Shown here in pieces: positions 1 to 9,956 of a stretch of DNA of 64,000 nucleotides. The notes below the pieces were generated by a model. The model did not search any database. It had not been told where the DNA came from and worked only from the letters and a program-made list of their open reading frames with translations. Numbering within the stretch: position 1 is the first letter of the stretch; every line of letters starts with the position of its first letter. A program made the position numbers and the translations under genes. The stretch is from the IMG/VR virus record IMGVR_UViG_3300042446_001168. One strand, given 5' to 3'. Source of the stretch: a virus.

Positions 1-214
1 TTAACCAGAAATCTGGAAAATATCTATGTACCCGGTTGTCAATGGGTGATAAATATGGAATAGAAAACTCTTCACTGGCCCATTCAAGGATTTGGGGATG
101 GGAATCCAAGTAGCTCATAAATTTACACTCCCATAGAGAGCGATAAATAATATTAGTTGGATTTCCTCTATACTTCGAGGGATTTTTTGGTTTAAAGGTT
201 CCGCTATAACTCAT
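1..214 (-). CDS. gp4: Head completion nuclease, T4 gp4-like (partial, runs off the window start)
   Basis: Not in the ORF track. Manual reverse-complement translation from ATG at 214 gives MSYSGTFKPKNPSKYRGNPTNIIYRSLWECKFMSYLDSHPQILEWASEEFSIPYLSPIDNRVHRYFPDF, the gp4/TnsA-like signature. Divergent from the baseplate genes, as in T4-like phages. Confidence 0.9.
   Translation of the reverse strand, partial: MSYSGTFKPKNPSKYRGNPTNIIYRSLWECKFMSYLDSHPQILEWASEEFSIPYLSPIDNRVHRYFPDFWL
142..149 (+). promoter_or_regulatory. Putative T4-type late promoter (GATAAATA)
   Basis: NATAAATA motif about 75 bp upstream of the gp48-like ORF, inside gp4 coding sequence. A second copy is at 48-55. Confidence 0.45.
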
Positions 215-225
215 AGGATATTTTA

Positions 226-1386
226 ATGAATGTTCCACCATCTACTGGACAGTCTAGCTCAGGACTCCAAGGGTATACCGTAAATAGTTCTGGGGGTACC
301 AATGATGAAAGGTTATCCAATCATCTCAGTCAGAAAAAAGGATCTCCAGCAACCAGTGGTAGCCCATCTACGTCCAGCACAACTTTGCCGGAAAAAGAGA
401 TTGATGAAAAAAGATCTAGTACCCTACTGGGAAACAAGTCTCCATTTATTTTTCCAAGTGATTTGTCTACTGATTATTATATATCTTTGAACGCATTTAA
501 ATTCTCTCAAGATAGAGCTACTGAGGTCAAAAGACAGTTTAGTTATGAACAATCAGTGTATCTTCCTCTACCTGGTAATATATCAGATAGTTTTGGAGCA
601 TCCTACGAAAAAGAAAATCTATTCTTCTTTGGTAACGCTGCAAAAGAGGGAATGAACTCCATGATGCAAGAAGGAGGTACTGTCAGTATTCAGAATGCTT
701 TAAGCCAGAATCTTGGAAATTTAGCTGGCAAGGGAGCCACTAACCTCGTTAACACTATCAAGAATGATCCAATGGGTGCTGGTAAAAATGCTCTGGCTGG
801 AGCATTGACGTATCTAGTGTCTGGAGTAGGTGGTCCACTAGCGGCCGCTGCAAAAAGCTCAATGCAAGTGACCACAAACCCTTTTCCTGTAATGATCTTC
901 CAGGGAACAGGTTTCAAACCTCCCTTTTCTTTTGACTGGACTTTTTATCCAGAATCGTTGGAAGAGTCTAAAACTATACGTAAAATTATTGGATATTTTA
1001 GAAGAGAGATGCTACCAGAGATGATGGCTGAAAATAAATCTATCCTAAAAGCTCCTGCAATATTTGAAATAAAGATGGTTCCTGACGCATATATGAGACA
1101 ATTCAAGCGATGTGTACTGACTAACATGAATGTAAACTATACTCCTAACGGAGCTACATTCTTATCCTCTTCCTCTGAAGACGCTAAAGTTCCTGCTGCT
1201 ATTACTATGTCGCTGACATTCGAAGAAATTGAAGTGTGGCTTGCAGATGATTATTACGCTAGCGAATACAATTCGTTTGGAGTCAAGGACAGAAACTACA
1301 CTCCACCAACCTCAATGACCGGTACTCAAGGAGTAGTTGCTAATAACGAAACAAGAGGCGTTGCCAAAGGAACCCCGTTTGGGTAA
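226..1386 (+). CDS. gp48: Baseplate tail-tube cap protein, gp48-like
   Basis: Motifs YLPLP..ISDS, NP...IFQG..F..FSFDWTFYP and CVLTNMNVNYTP...LTFEEIE; lies directly before gp53. Confidence 0.75.
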   Translation: MNVPPSTGQSSSGLQGYTVNSSGGTNDERLSNHLSQKKGSPATSGSPSTSSTTLPEKEIDEKRSSTLLGNKSPFIFPSDLSTDYYISLNAFKFSQDRATEVKRQFSYEQSVYLPLPGNISDSFGASYEKENLFFFGNAAKEGMNSMMQEGGTVSIQNALSQNLGNLAGKGATNLVNTIKNDPMGAGKNALAGALTYLVSGVGGPLAAAAKSSMQVTTNPFPVMIFQGTGFKPPFSFDWTFYPESLEESKTIRKIIGYFRREMLPEMMAENKSILKAPAIFEIKMVPDAYMRQFKRCVLTNMNVNYTPNGATFLSSSSEDAKVPAAITMSLTFEEIEVWLADDYYASEYNSFGVKDRNYTPPTSMTGTQGVVANNETRGVAKGTPFG

Positions 1387-1391
1387 TACAC

Positions 1392-2264
1392 ATGGATAAT
1401 TATTTTAAGCACTATCCGTTAGTACTATACGGAAATACATCTTCAAATACCGTATCGGTTAATCTGCTTTCCAAGATAGCATTTCGTAAAAATTTACAAG
1501 CTAATTACGAGGTGTTTCATCCCTATACAATTCAAGAGGGAGACCGTCCCGATACCATAGCCTACTTGTATTATGGTGATCCTGGGTATGACTGGTTAGT
1601 GTACTACAGCAATAATGCACTAGACCCGTATTTTGATTGGTACTTGGACTCCAACACCTTTAGATCATATATTGTGGATAAGTACGGGTCGGTTGCTGAT
1701 TCTCAGAAGAAGATAAAGTTCTTTAGATCTAACTACCGCGAAGATGACTCCTTAATTCCTGCAGGAGCATATACAATGCTTTCAGAAAAACAAAAGAGGT
1801 TTTGGAGCCCAGTTTTAAACTTGAGTGGCACCCCATACAACTACGATCGGAAAAAAGAAGATGTCACCTTTGAAACCAATCAAGTAAAAAATCTCAGTAT
1901 ATCTATTGTAGGGAACACATCCTTTACTCAGGATGAATATGTTTTTCAACAGAGTGGAGGACTTACAGTAGCCAGTGCTACACTTGGATTTTCAAACTCG
2001 TCAACAGCTGTTATTAGCAGGGTTATTGGAAACTGGTCAACATCCCTCAACATAAAAGGATCTTCTAGCGGGTCTAATGCCGTGGTGTCAGCTATCAACA
2101 CCATTTCAACCAGTATAGGTACTGATATACAAAACTATTTCTCAGCTGTGTCATACTATGATTATGAAAACGAAATAAACGAAGAAAGAAAAAATATTAA
2201 ACTCATTGATGCAGCATACGCGCAGTCCATAGAAAAAGAATTTAAACAACTACTATCGTCATGA
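1392..2264 (+). CDS. gp53: Baseplate wedge protein, gp53-like (LysM-like)
   Basis: YF...YTIQEGDRPDTIAYLYYGDPGYDWLV...N..DPYFDW; C-terminal YDYENEINEERKNIKLI. Confidence 0.85.
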   Translation: MDNYFKHYPLVLYGNTSSNTVSVNLLSKIAFRKNLQANYEVFHPYTIQEGDRPDTIAYLYYGDPGYDWLVYYSNNALDPYFDWYLDSNTFRSYIVDKYGSVADSQKKIKFFRSNYREDDSLIPAGAYTMLSEKQKRFWSPVLNLSGTPYNYDRKKEDVTFETNQVKNLSISIVGNTSFTQDEYVFQQSGGLTVASATLGFSNSSTAVISRVIGNWSTSLNIKGSSSGSNAVVSAINTISTSIGTDIQNYFSAVSYYDYENEINEERKNIKLIDAAYAQSIEKEFKQLLSS

Positions 2265-3559
2265 AACTAAGACCAAGTCAGTGTGAAATAAAAAATATAT
2301 CAATTACAAACCACGACAAATCTGTGCGGGTTGATCAGGACCATAACGAGTTCAGATTGCTAGAATTTATTGACACCATTGACATTCACGAAAGTATATT
2401 CACACCATATATTACGGCTGATGTATCATTCATTGATGGGGCTAACCTTCTAGAGCACCTCAACATATCTGGAAATGAGGATTTCGAGATAGATATATTA
2501 GGATACGGTAATGATACCTCTCTCAAACACTCATTGAGGGTTGTTGAGTGTACTTCTGTTCTACCTAACAGCACGTTAAGATCAAAATCTTTTAACCTTC
2601 GATTATCAAGCAAAGAGTTGTTGATAGATAGTGCTAGCACAATGTCAAAAAGCTATGCAGCTGGAACCAAGGCAATTGTTACTGATATCCTTCAAGGGGT
2701 TCTTGGTACCAGTAAACCAATATTTGTAGAGGATACCAAAGATCCTCCTGTGTTGGTTATACCTTACTTGAGTCCGTTTCAGGCCATTGACTATGTACGT
2801 CAAAGGTCTGTATCCTCAAAGTACAAGTCGTCGTCCTTCTTGTTCTTTGAAACAAAAGGACAATATATGTTTGCTACTGTAGAGGGACTAGCAGAACGTA
2901 ATGCTAGCAGTTCCGAGAGGTTCTTTCAGCAAGAGAGTATATCAAGGAACGTAAAAGGTAACCAAGGTACTATTACAGATCTTGAAGCGTATAGATTGTT
3001 TACTAACCTCACGGTATCAACCCCATTCAATGTAAGCAACTATTTCAAACGAGGGGGGCTGCAATCCACAATAACTCAGTTTGACTTCACTACTAAGAAG
3101 TATAAGTCTAGATTATTTCAAAATACACCTGGTGCTGGATTGTTTAATGACTTTGCAGCAGGAAAAAACCCTGATATTACACCCACGTTGTTTAACGACT
3201 ACTCAAAGTATCAGAACAAGGCTTATATGCTTCCCTTTGCTTTGTATAAAGATTCGAATAATAAGGCTGATAATTTCATATACGATACCCTTGCAGAGAG
3301 GTTGTGTTACTCCAGTATTTTTACCCAAAGAAGAGTGTATATTGATGTTCCAGGTAATACTAAAATTGGAGCCGGATCAATAGTGAATTTAGAGGTTCCA
3401 AGGTACGCTGCTATTGGATCTAAAAAGAATGATAACGAAGTCGATAGTGGTAGTTATATGGTAGCATCGGTAAGGCACAGTATTAAAAACGCTGACACCG
3501 CCAAGTATGATACACACTTAGAATTGTTGAGATATGGAAAAGGAGTGTTTGAGAAATGA
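2261..3559 (+). CDS. Putative baseplate hub protein
   Basis: IHESIFTPYITA..., FLFFET, VPGN..IGAG.IVNL and SGSYMVASVRH motifs typical of gp27/GpD-like hub proteins; lies between gp53 and gp5. Confidence 0.6.
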   Translation: MKLRPSQCEIKNISITNHDKSVRVDQDHNEFRLLEFIDTIDIHESIFTPYITADVSFIDGANLLEHLNISGNEDFEIDILGYGNDTSLKHSLRVVECTSVLPNSTLRSKSFNLRLSSKELLIDSASTMSKSYAAGTKAIVTDILQGVLGTSKPIFVEDTKDPPVLVIPYLSPFQAIDYVRQRSVSSKYKSSSFLFFETKGQYMFATVEGLAERNASSSERFFQQESISRNVKGNQGTITDLEAYRLFTNLTVSTPFNVSNYFKRGGLQSTITQFDFTTKKYKSRLFQNTPGAGLFNDFAAGKNPDITPTLFNDYSKYQNKAYMLPFALYKDSNNKADNFIYDTLAERLCYSSIFTQRRVYIDVPGNTKIGAGSIVNLEVPRYAAIGSKKNDNEVDSGSYMVASVRHSIKNADTAKYDTHLELLRYGKGVFEK

Positions 3560-4356
3560 CTACAGGGGTAATTGGCGAAGAGGGATTTCGATGGTTTGTG
3601 GGCGTGGTCGAGGATAGAGATGATCCTAAGAAAATGGGTAGACTCCGTGTAAGAATATACAACGTGCATCCATTCAGCACCAGTGGTGAACCAGATAAAG
3701 TAAAAGTTCCTACCGAGCACCTGCCATGGGCAAGTTGTGTAAATTCTATATTCAGCGCAGGAATCATAAAAGATTATGGTAACGATCTTGGCAAAGACGG
3801 GGTAGGCATTACACCACTAGGAACAATGGTTGGTTCTACAGTATTTGGCTTTTTTGTGGATGGTAATGAGTGTCAAATTCCTGTAGTATTAGGATCGTTA
3901 GCTGCGCTTGTAGGGGAAGCAGAAGATAATGAGATCCCCAAAGCTGGATACGAACAAAACCCTGTGGAGTCGTTTAAGAGAGGCAAAGAGGTTAAAGCAA
4001 ATGCACCATTTATTGGTGAACCTCCTTCTCCGTATGGAGCTAAATATCCATATAATAAAAGTATCAGAACAGAATCAGGTCACCTGATTGAGATTGATGA
4101 TACTACTGCTAACGAGCGAATTCATATAATGCATCGCTCTGGCACGTATGTTGAGATAGACAAGGATGGGCGCACAGTTATTAAGACCGTCGATAAACGA
4201 TGCGATATTACTGTGAAGGATAATCAAGTGTACATTGGTGGAAACATGGATGTAAGAGTAATAGGCAATGTTAATATGATGGTTGATGGTACATACACTG
4301 TGGAATCAAAAGGAAATATGTTGTTCAAAGCTCCTAGAATAGATTTTAATCCATAA
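3556..4356 (+). CDS. gp5: Baseplate central spike, gp5-like (OB-fold plus short beta-helix, no lysozyme domain)
   Basis: WFVGVVEDRDDP..MGRLRVRI, LPWA, VFGFF.DG..Q.PVVLG, YPYN...TESGH.IEIDDT...ERIH..HRSGT. Confidence 0.9.
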   Translation: MTTGVIGEEGFRWFVGVVEDRDDPKKMGRLRVRIYNVHPFSTSGEPDKVKVPTEHLPWASCVNSIFSAGIIKDYGNDLGKDGVGITPLGTMVGSTVFGFFVDGNECQIPVVLGSLAALVGEAEDNEIPKAGYEQNPVESFKRGKEVKANAPFIGEPPSPYGAKYPYNKSIRTESGHLIEIDDTTANERIHIMHRSGTYVEIDKDGRTVIKTVDKRCDITVKDNQVYIGGNMDVRVIGNVNMMVDGTYTVESKGNMLFKAPRIDFNP

Positions 4357-4646
4357 TGCCATCAGTTCATAGAGATACTGACTCCAGGTCGTGCGGTGCT
4401 GCTACGGTATCCGCTCAAGGTAAAAGCGTGTTTGTAAATGGTCTCTTGTGGTCAGTAAATGGGGATCCAAACTCCCACGGTGGAGGGGCATTATCAGCTG
4501 CAACCAATGCTGTGTATATTGGTGGAATTGCTGTTTGTAATAATAACGACTCAGCCGCCCCTGACGCACTGTGTCCAGATCCAGGTGGAGCTCATTGCAG
4601 TCCATCTGCTGTTGGTGGGTCAGGTAATGTTTTTGTAGGGGATTAA
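4356..4646 (+). CDS. PAAR-like spike tip protein (gp5.4-like)
   Basis: 96 aa with repeated S/NV(F/Y)(V/I).G motifs and Cys/His ligands; ends GSGNVFVGD; follows gp5. Confidence 0.8.
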   Translation: MPSVHRDTDSRSCGAATVSAQGKSVFVNGLLWSVNGDPNSHGGGALSAATNAVYIGGIAVCNNNDSAAPDALCPDPGGAHCSPSAVGGSGNVFVGD

Positions 4647-5075
4647 ATGGCAAGTGTATCTTATGCAGATAAATTTACAGCTACCCAGCTTCGCTCGGAG
4701 CGGTATAGTGATTTCTATTTAAATTTTAATCGGAATTATGGTTCTGGGGATCTGGCTCGGTTAACTGACGAGGATGCCATTATATCCTCACTAAAGAATA
4801 TCATCTTCACCAGAAAAGGAGAACGTCCTTTTTTTCCTGAGTTTGGGTGCAATGTTCAAGGTCTACTTTTTGAAAACTTTTCTCAATTTACCTCTGATAC
4901 CCTTCAAACTGAAATTCGTACTGCTGTGGAGAATTTTGAACCCCGAATAAAAACCATTAATATAACAGTTAATGAATCTCAGGATGCTCACTCTGTTGAG
5001 CTCTTTATATTTTTCACCACAATAAATAATCCAGAAACTCTCTCTATTAGTTTCCTCCTTACAAAGCTAAGATAA
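4647..5075 (+). CDS. gp25: Baseplate wedge protein gp25
   Basis: YSD..L.F, SLKNII.T.KGERPF.PEFGC, ENFEPRI. Confidence 0.92.
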   Translation: MASVSYADKFTATQLRSERYSDFYLNFNRNYGSGDLARLTDEDAIISSLKNIIFTRKGERPFFPEFGCNVQGLLFENFSQFTSDTLQTEIRTAVENFEPRIKTINITVNESQDAHSVELFIFFTTINNPETLSISFLLTKLR

Positions 5076-5076
5076 A

Positions 5077-6864
5077 ATGGCAAATTCTTCAATTAATCTG
5101 GTAGATCTGGATTTTAACGCGTTTAAAGAATCACTCAAAACATATCTAAGTTCTCAGACAAAGTTCCGAGACTATGATTTTGAGGGATCTAATCTAAATG
5201 TGTTGCTAGATGTTTTATCGTACAACACATACCTGAATTCCTTCTACCTCAATATGGTAGCTAGTGAGATGTTCTTAGACACAGCTCAACTTAGGGACAG
5301 TATAGTATCTCATGCTAAAGAATTAAATTATATGCCTCGATCGTTCAGATCGGCCTTTGCTAATGTCAACATTACTATAACACCATCTACTTCTACAAGC
5401 ACTGTAATAATCCCATCAAAAACTAGTTTTACTGCCCGGATTGGAGCTAACAACTTTAATTTTGTAACGGATGGAGCAATTGCAGTTACTACTAGTAACA
5501 ACGGGGTGTTCCATGCAAATAACGTAACAATTTATGAAGGTAGCTATGTTACTGACACTTTCGTAAAAAATACTATCATTGACAACCAAAGATTTGTGTT
5601 GACAAATCCTAATATTGATACCACCAGTATTGAAGTGGTGGTTACTGAAAATAGCGGCGCTAACGTGTACAGTTATATGCAAGCCTACTCTTTGTTTGGT
5701 GCTACCTCAAACAGCCAAATATTCTTTATGCAGCCCGCAGAAAACAATCAATACGAGCTGGTTTTTGGAAACGATGTGTATGGTAGAGATGTACGTAATG
5801 GAGCAGTTGTAGATGTTACGTACAGAAGCTGTAACGGAGAGTTGCCTAATGGAGCTGACACTTTTGTGAACAACAGCGCTATTGATGGTCATTCGAATGT
5901 GGCAGTCAATATAAACACTGGAGCCATATCGGGTGCGGTATCAGAAACTGACGCATCCATAAAGTTTAACGCTCCAAGGAGCTTTCAAACTCAAGAACGT
6001 GCCATAACGGAAAACGACTATAAAACTTTACTGCTTAGAGAGTTTCCAGAAATTGTAGCTATGTCAGTGTATGGAGGGGAGAAGGTCGACCCTCCACAGT
6101 ATGGTAGAGTTATAATTGCATTAGATACAAGCGATACTGATGGAGTTCCAGATATTAAAAAGCAAATATACAAGAGGTATCTGAGTGATAAAACTCCACT
6201 AGGATTCTCTGTAGAAATAGTGAACCCAATCTTCGTGTACCTACTTGTAGATAGCTCTGTAGTATATAACTACAACTCTACCAATTTATCAGAGGACGAG
6301 ATCAAGACCAAAGTTCGTGTAGCAATCAATACCTATAATGATACCTATTTGAATGACTTTAACAGTGAGATTAAGTTCAGCAAGTTCCTCAAAGAGATTG
6401 ACGATAGTGATCCTTCCATACTGAATAACGATACAGTTATTCGCCCGTACTTTAAACTTGTACCTTCCATAGGATCAAATACTAGTTTTGAATTTAGCTT
6501 CAACACCGAGGTGCTGAATACCACCCCAACATCAATATCTCACCCTATAGCATCTGATAGAGGCGTTTACTCCACTTCCTTTATTTCGGATGGTTTATCC
6601 TGCCAACTAGAGGATGATGGTAATGGTAATATCAGAGTAGTAAAAGTGACTACTACTGAGCATATTGAACTTAAAAAAGTTGGGACTATAGATTACACTA
6701 CTGGATCAGTTGTTATATCCAACCTCAAGGTATCCAGTTATGACGGAAGTGGTATTAAGTTTATAATTAAACCTATTAAGCAAGATTATAGTGTTGATCT
6801 AGATAAGATACTGGTTATTAACCCTTTTGATGTATCAGTCAATATGGTAGCAAGTACTAAATGA
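5077..6864 (+). CDS. gp6: Baseplate wedge protein gp6
   Basis: LDF...K.SLK.YL..Q..F.DYDFEGSNL.VLLDVL.YNTY.N.FY.NM...EMFLDTAQLRDS..SHAK; QERA.T..DY. Candidate late promoter AATAAATA at 5021-5028. Confidence 0.95.
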   Translation: MANSSINLVDLDFNAFKESLKTYLSSQTKFRDYDFEGSNLNVLLDVLSYNTYLNSFYLNMVASEMFLDTAQLRDSIVSHAKELNYMPRSFRSAFANVNITITPSTSTSTVIIPSKTSFTARIGANNFNFVTDGAIAVTTSNNGVFHANNVTIYEGSYVTDTFVKNTIIDNQRFVLTNPNIDTTSIEVVVTENSGANVYSYMQAYSLFGATSNSQIFFMQPAENNQYELVFGNDVYGRDVRNGAVVDVTYRSCNGELPNGADTFVNNSAIDGHSNVAVNINTGAISGAVSETDASIKFNAPRSFQTQERAITENDYKTLLLREFPEIVAMSVYGGEKVDPPQYGRVIIALDTSDTDGVPDIKKQIYKRYLSDKTPLGFSVEIVNPIFVYLLVDSSVVYNYNSTNLSEDEIKTKVRVAINTYNDTYLNDFNSEIKFSKFLKEIDDSDPSILNNDTVIRPYFKLVPSIGSNTSFEFSFNTEVLNTTPTSISHPIASDRGVYSTSFISDGLSCQLEDDGNGNIRVVKVTTTEHIELKKVGTIDYTTGSVVISNLKVSSYDGSGIKFIIKPIKQDYSVDLDKILVINPFDVSVNMVASTK

Positions 6865-9800
6865 AAAAAATAGAAGACAATATCACATTATTTGTTAAAA
6901 ACCAGTTCCCGGAATTTTACAGGGAGCAGGGGAACAACTTCATAGACTTTGTGGCAGAATACTATGACTGGACACTGCAGACCAACAATGTAGGTCACTT
7001 CACCAGAAACTTGCTAAATTACGGCGATATTGACACCACAATAGAAGAGTTTCTTGAATACTACAAAACCAAATATTTAAATGGATCTGTTATCAACCTG
7101 GCCCAAACCAGGTTTGAAGTAAAGCATGCCAGCGATCTATACACATCAAAGGGGTCAGAAAGAGGGTTAAAACTATTCTTAAACAATCTGTACAACGTAT
7201 CTGATGTGGACGTGTATCGCCCGTCAGAAGATGTTTTAAAGGCATCTGACGGGGAGTGGTATGTTCCTGTGTATCTTGAGGTAGCTATATCTTCAAAGAC
7301 TAGCTCTTTTGTGGGTAAGCAAATAGTTGGATCGGCTTCGGGAGCAACCGCTTTTGTTGAAGGAGTCAATAGAAAATCTTTAAACGGAAAGTATTTTGAC
7401 GTAGTATATCTTTCCAACGTGAGTGGTAATTTTCAGCTTGACGAAATTATAACTAATGATGGTAGTCTTGCGCAATGTCCACGAATTATTGGTTCACTGA
7501 CCAACGTAACCATTATAGATTCTAGCAGGGGGTTTGAAGTTGGGGATGTGGTTGATATTAGTTCTGATGCAAGAGGTAAGAATGCTAAGGGACTAATCAG
7601 TAATACTGCGCAATCTACTGGAAAGGTATTCTTTACTCTAGCCAACGGTGGTACTGGATACAGACTTTTGACGCAGCCTATTGTCTCGGAGAAAACGGTT
7701 TTAGTACGCAATATAACATCCGCAAATCCTCTGATCACAGACTTCTTAATTGACGAGTATGTTTATCAACCACTTGCTAACATAGCCTTTGATTCTTCTA
7801 ACACTGAATTTTCGTATGGACAGTTGATAACTGGCGCCAATTCAACAGCTAATGTTGCTACAGGAAATATTGTTGGTAAGACTCAGACTCCAATTACTGG
7901 TACTGCTACAGCAAATTCATCATCAGCAGTTGTTGTTGGGTCCAATACCAGTTTTCTCAATCAACTAGCCAATAACGATTATATCAAGTTTCAAGCGTGT
8001 ACTGCCTCCTTTCAAGTTTTATCAATAACCAATGGCACACATTTGACACTCACATCATCAGGTCCAAATGTGGACGCCAATACAGTGGTTGTGGCCAATG
8101 GTAGTCTATTAGTTACAGTTGATACAGGTAGTTTTGCAGATGCTGATCGAATTGCAGGGTCCGCTGCTCTTATCAGCGGATACACTAACAAGACAGCTTA
8201 CGGAGTTGTTGTCGGGGCTAATGGTGGTGCTATTGGATTTAGCAATGTTGTTAATGAGTTCACTCCTAATGGCCACAACTTCATATACGGTGAAACTTCT
8301 AATGTGTATGCCAATGTCTCATTTGTAAGTACCGGTACTGGCGCAGCTTTTAGTATTGGTAGTTTGACTGATGAAGAAACGGTTTACCTCAATACTGATA
8401 GGGTTGGTGGTAACAACTCTATTGCTACTGTTACACTGACAGGAACAATATCAGCCAATACTACTAGCCCGCAAGTGAACGGAGTTAGCACATTATTTAC
8501 TACTGAGTTGTATCCTGGTGCACATATTAAATTCCTTGGTAACACTCAAGTTTTCCAAGTTAATACTATAAGCAATAACACTATATTAAATCTTACAACA
8601 AATGGTATACTACGTGTTGCTAATCAGTATGCTGTTACTAATGGAGCCTATCTATCAATTCCATTATCCGTTTTGAAATACGGATTTCCAAAACTACTAA
8701 CTGGTAACGTAAGCACTATCCTGAATCTAGCGCTCACTAGAGATAGCTATGAAATTGGTACAATTGCGTCATTAGCAAATGTCAATCCCGGATCCAGCTA
8801 CAATATAGATCCAATTGTTCAAGTGCGAGATGCTCCAATTGCTAGCTTTGGAAGAAAAGATCTGCACGTGGAAACCTCTAATCAGGTTGGAGTTTTTATT
8901 GAGGGGGAAGAGATTGTGCAATCTCTCTCATCCAATTCATACACCCTAAGTGTATATGGTTCTGTTAGTAGTTTAGTTGTTGGTGAGACTGCTACCCAAG
9001 TAATAAACTCAACTTCAAATGCTTACGGAGAGGTTATTACTTCAAACAGTAGTTTATTACTAATAAAAACAGAAAATGGGTTTGTCAACTCGGCTATAGG
9101 ATCTGCGTTATCTGGCACAGTATCATGTAACTCTACAAGTCCCCAAGTCAATGGAGCTGGTACTCTGTTCACTTCCGAACTAGCAAGTGGGGATTTCATT
9201 AAGTTTTCAAGTAATACTTTAGTATTTAAAGTGGACTCTATATCTAATAATACCAGAATGAGTCTTACATCTAACGGTGTTGCAATTTCATCTAACGCTT
9301 ATTCGCTGGTGTCCAACGTGGTTGTTGGAATGTCTAGCGGTACCCGGTTCATTGTAAACACGGCAGTATCTAATACTCAGCTTGCAATCTCAAGAGGAAG
9401 TGTTATCAATACAGGTTTGGATTTCATTAATCTCAAACGTAAGACATTTAATCAGTCATTTACTGCTAATGTAGTAATCTCAGGAACAACATCCGGTGCA
9501 ACGGCAAACGTGACTGGTGTGACACAAATTGAAAGTACCCAGTCAATGGGTAATAATGCAGTTGTATATGCTGATACTAGCAGTGTTAATGGATCAATCA
9601 TATCCATGGCAGTGATAGATTCTGGATATGCTTATGAGAATGGGGAGACTATAACAATATCAAAACCATCTAGTGAGTATATTGCTACTGGGTATGCCAA
9701 TTTAATCAATCAGGGAGTTGGTGAAGGGTATTTTAAATCAACAAGAGGATTCTTGAACGATGATAAATACATTCACGATGGGGATTTTTATCAATCGTAT

Positions 9801-9956
9801 TCATATCAAGTGAAAACAAGTATTCCTCTAGAAGTGTACGGAGAAACACTCAAACAACTTTGTCACGTAGCTGGAACAAAGCTTTTTGGCAATATTATTA
9901 AAGTGTCAACCGCAACCGTCACAGTAACATCTGCAACCTTAGACATAATCATATGA
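6861..9956 (+). CDS. gp7: Baseplate wedge protein, gp7-like, with inserted domains
   Basis: QFPEFY...FIDFV.EYY.W, Y.SKGS, LKASDG.W; C-terminal D..FYQ.YSY.......H.AG.KLFG; lies between gp6 and gp8. Confidence 0.75.
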   Translation: MKKIEDNITLFVKNQFPEFYREQGNNFIDFVAEYYDWTLQTNNVGHFTRNLLNYGDIDTTIEEFLEYYKTKYLNGSVINLAQTRFEVKHASDLYTSKGSERGLKLFLNNLYNVSDVDVYRPSEDVLKASDGEWYVPVYLEVAISSKTSSFVGKQIVGSASGATAFVEGVNRKSLNGKYFDVVYLSNVSGNFQLDEIITNDGSLAQCPRIIGSLTNVTIIDSSRGFEVGDVVDISSDARGKNAKGLISNTAQSTGKVFFTLANGGTGYRLLTQPIVSEKTVLVRNITSANPLITDFLIDEYVYQPLANIAFDSSNTEFSYGQLITGANSTANVATGNIVGKTQTPITGTATANSSSAVVVGSNTSFLNQLANNDYIKFQACTASFQVLSITNGTHLTLTSSGPNVDANTVVVANGSLLVTVDTGSFADADRIAGSAALISGYTNKTAYGVVVGANGGAIGFSNVVNEFTPNGHNFIYGETSNVYANVSFVSTGTGAAFSIGSLTDEETVYLNTDRVGGNNSIATVTLTGTISANTTSPQVNGVSTLFTTELYPGAHIKFLGNTQVFQVNTISNNTILNLTTNGILRVANQYAVTNGAYLSIPLSVLKYGFPKLLTGNVSTILNLALTRDSYEIGTIASLANVNPGSSYNIDPIVQVRDAPIASFGRKDLHVETSNQVGVFIEGEEIVQSLSSNSYTLSVYGSVSSLVVGETATQVINSTSNAYGEVITSNSSLLLIKTENGFVNSAIGSALSGTVSCNSTSPQVNGAGTLFTSELASGDFIKFSSNTLVFKVDSISNNTRMSLTSNGVAISSNAYSLVSNVVVGMSSGTRFIVNTAVSNTQLAISRGSVINTGLDFINLKRKTFNQSFTANVVISGTTSGATANVTGVTQIESTQSMGNNAVVYADTSSVNGSIISMAVIDSGYAYENGETITISKPSSEYIATGYANLINQGVGEGYFKSTRGFLNDDKYIHDGDFYQSYSYQVKTSIPLEVYGETLKQLCHVAGTKLFGNIIKVSTATVTVTSATLDIII

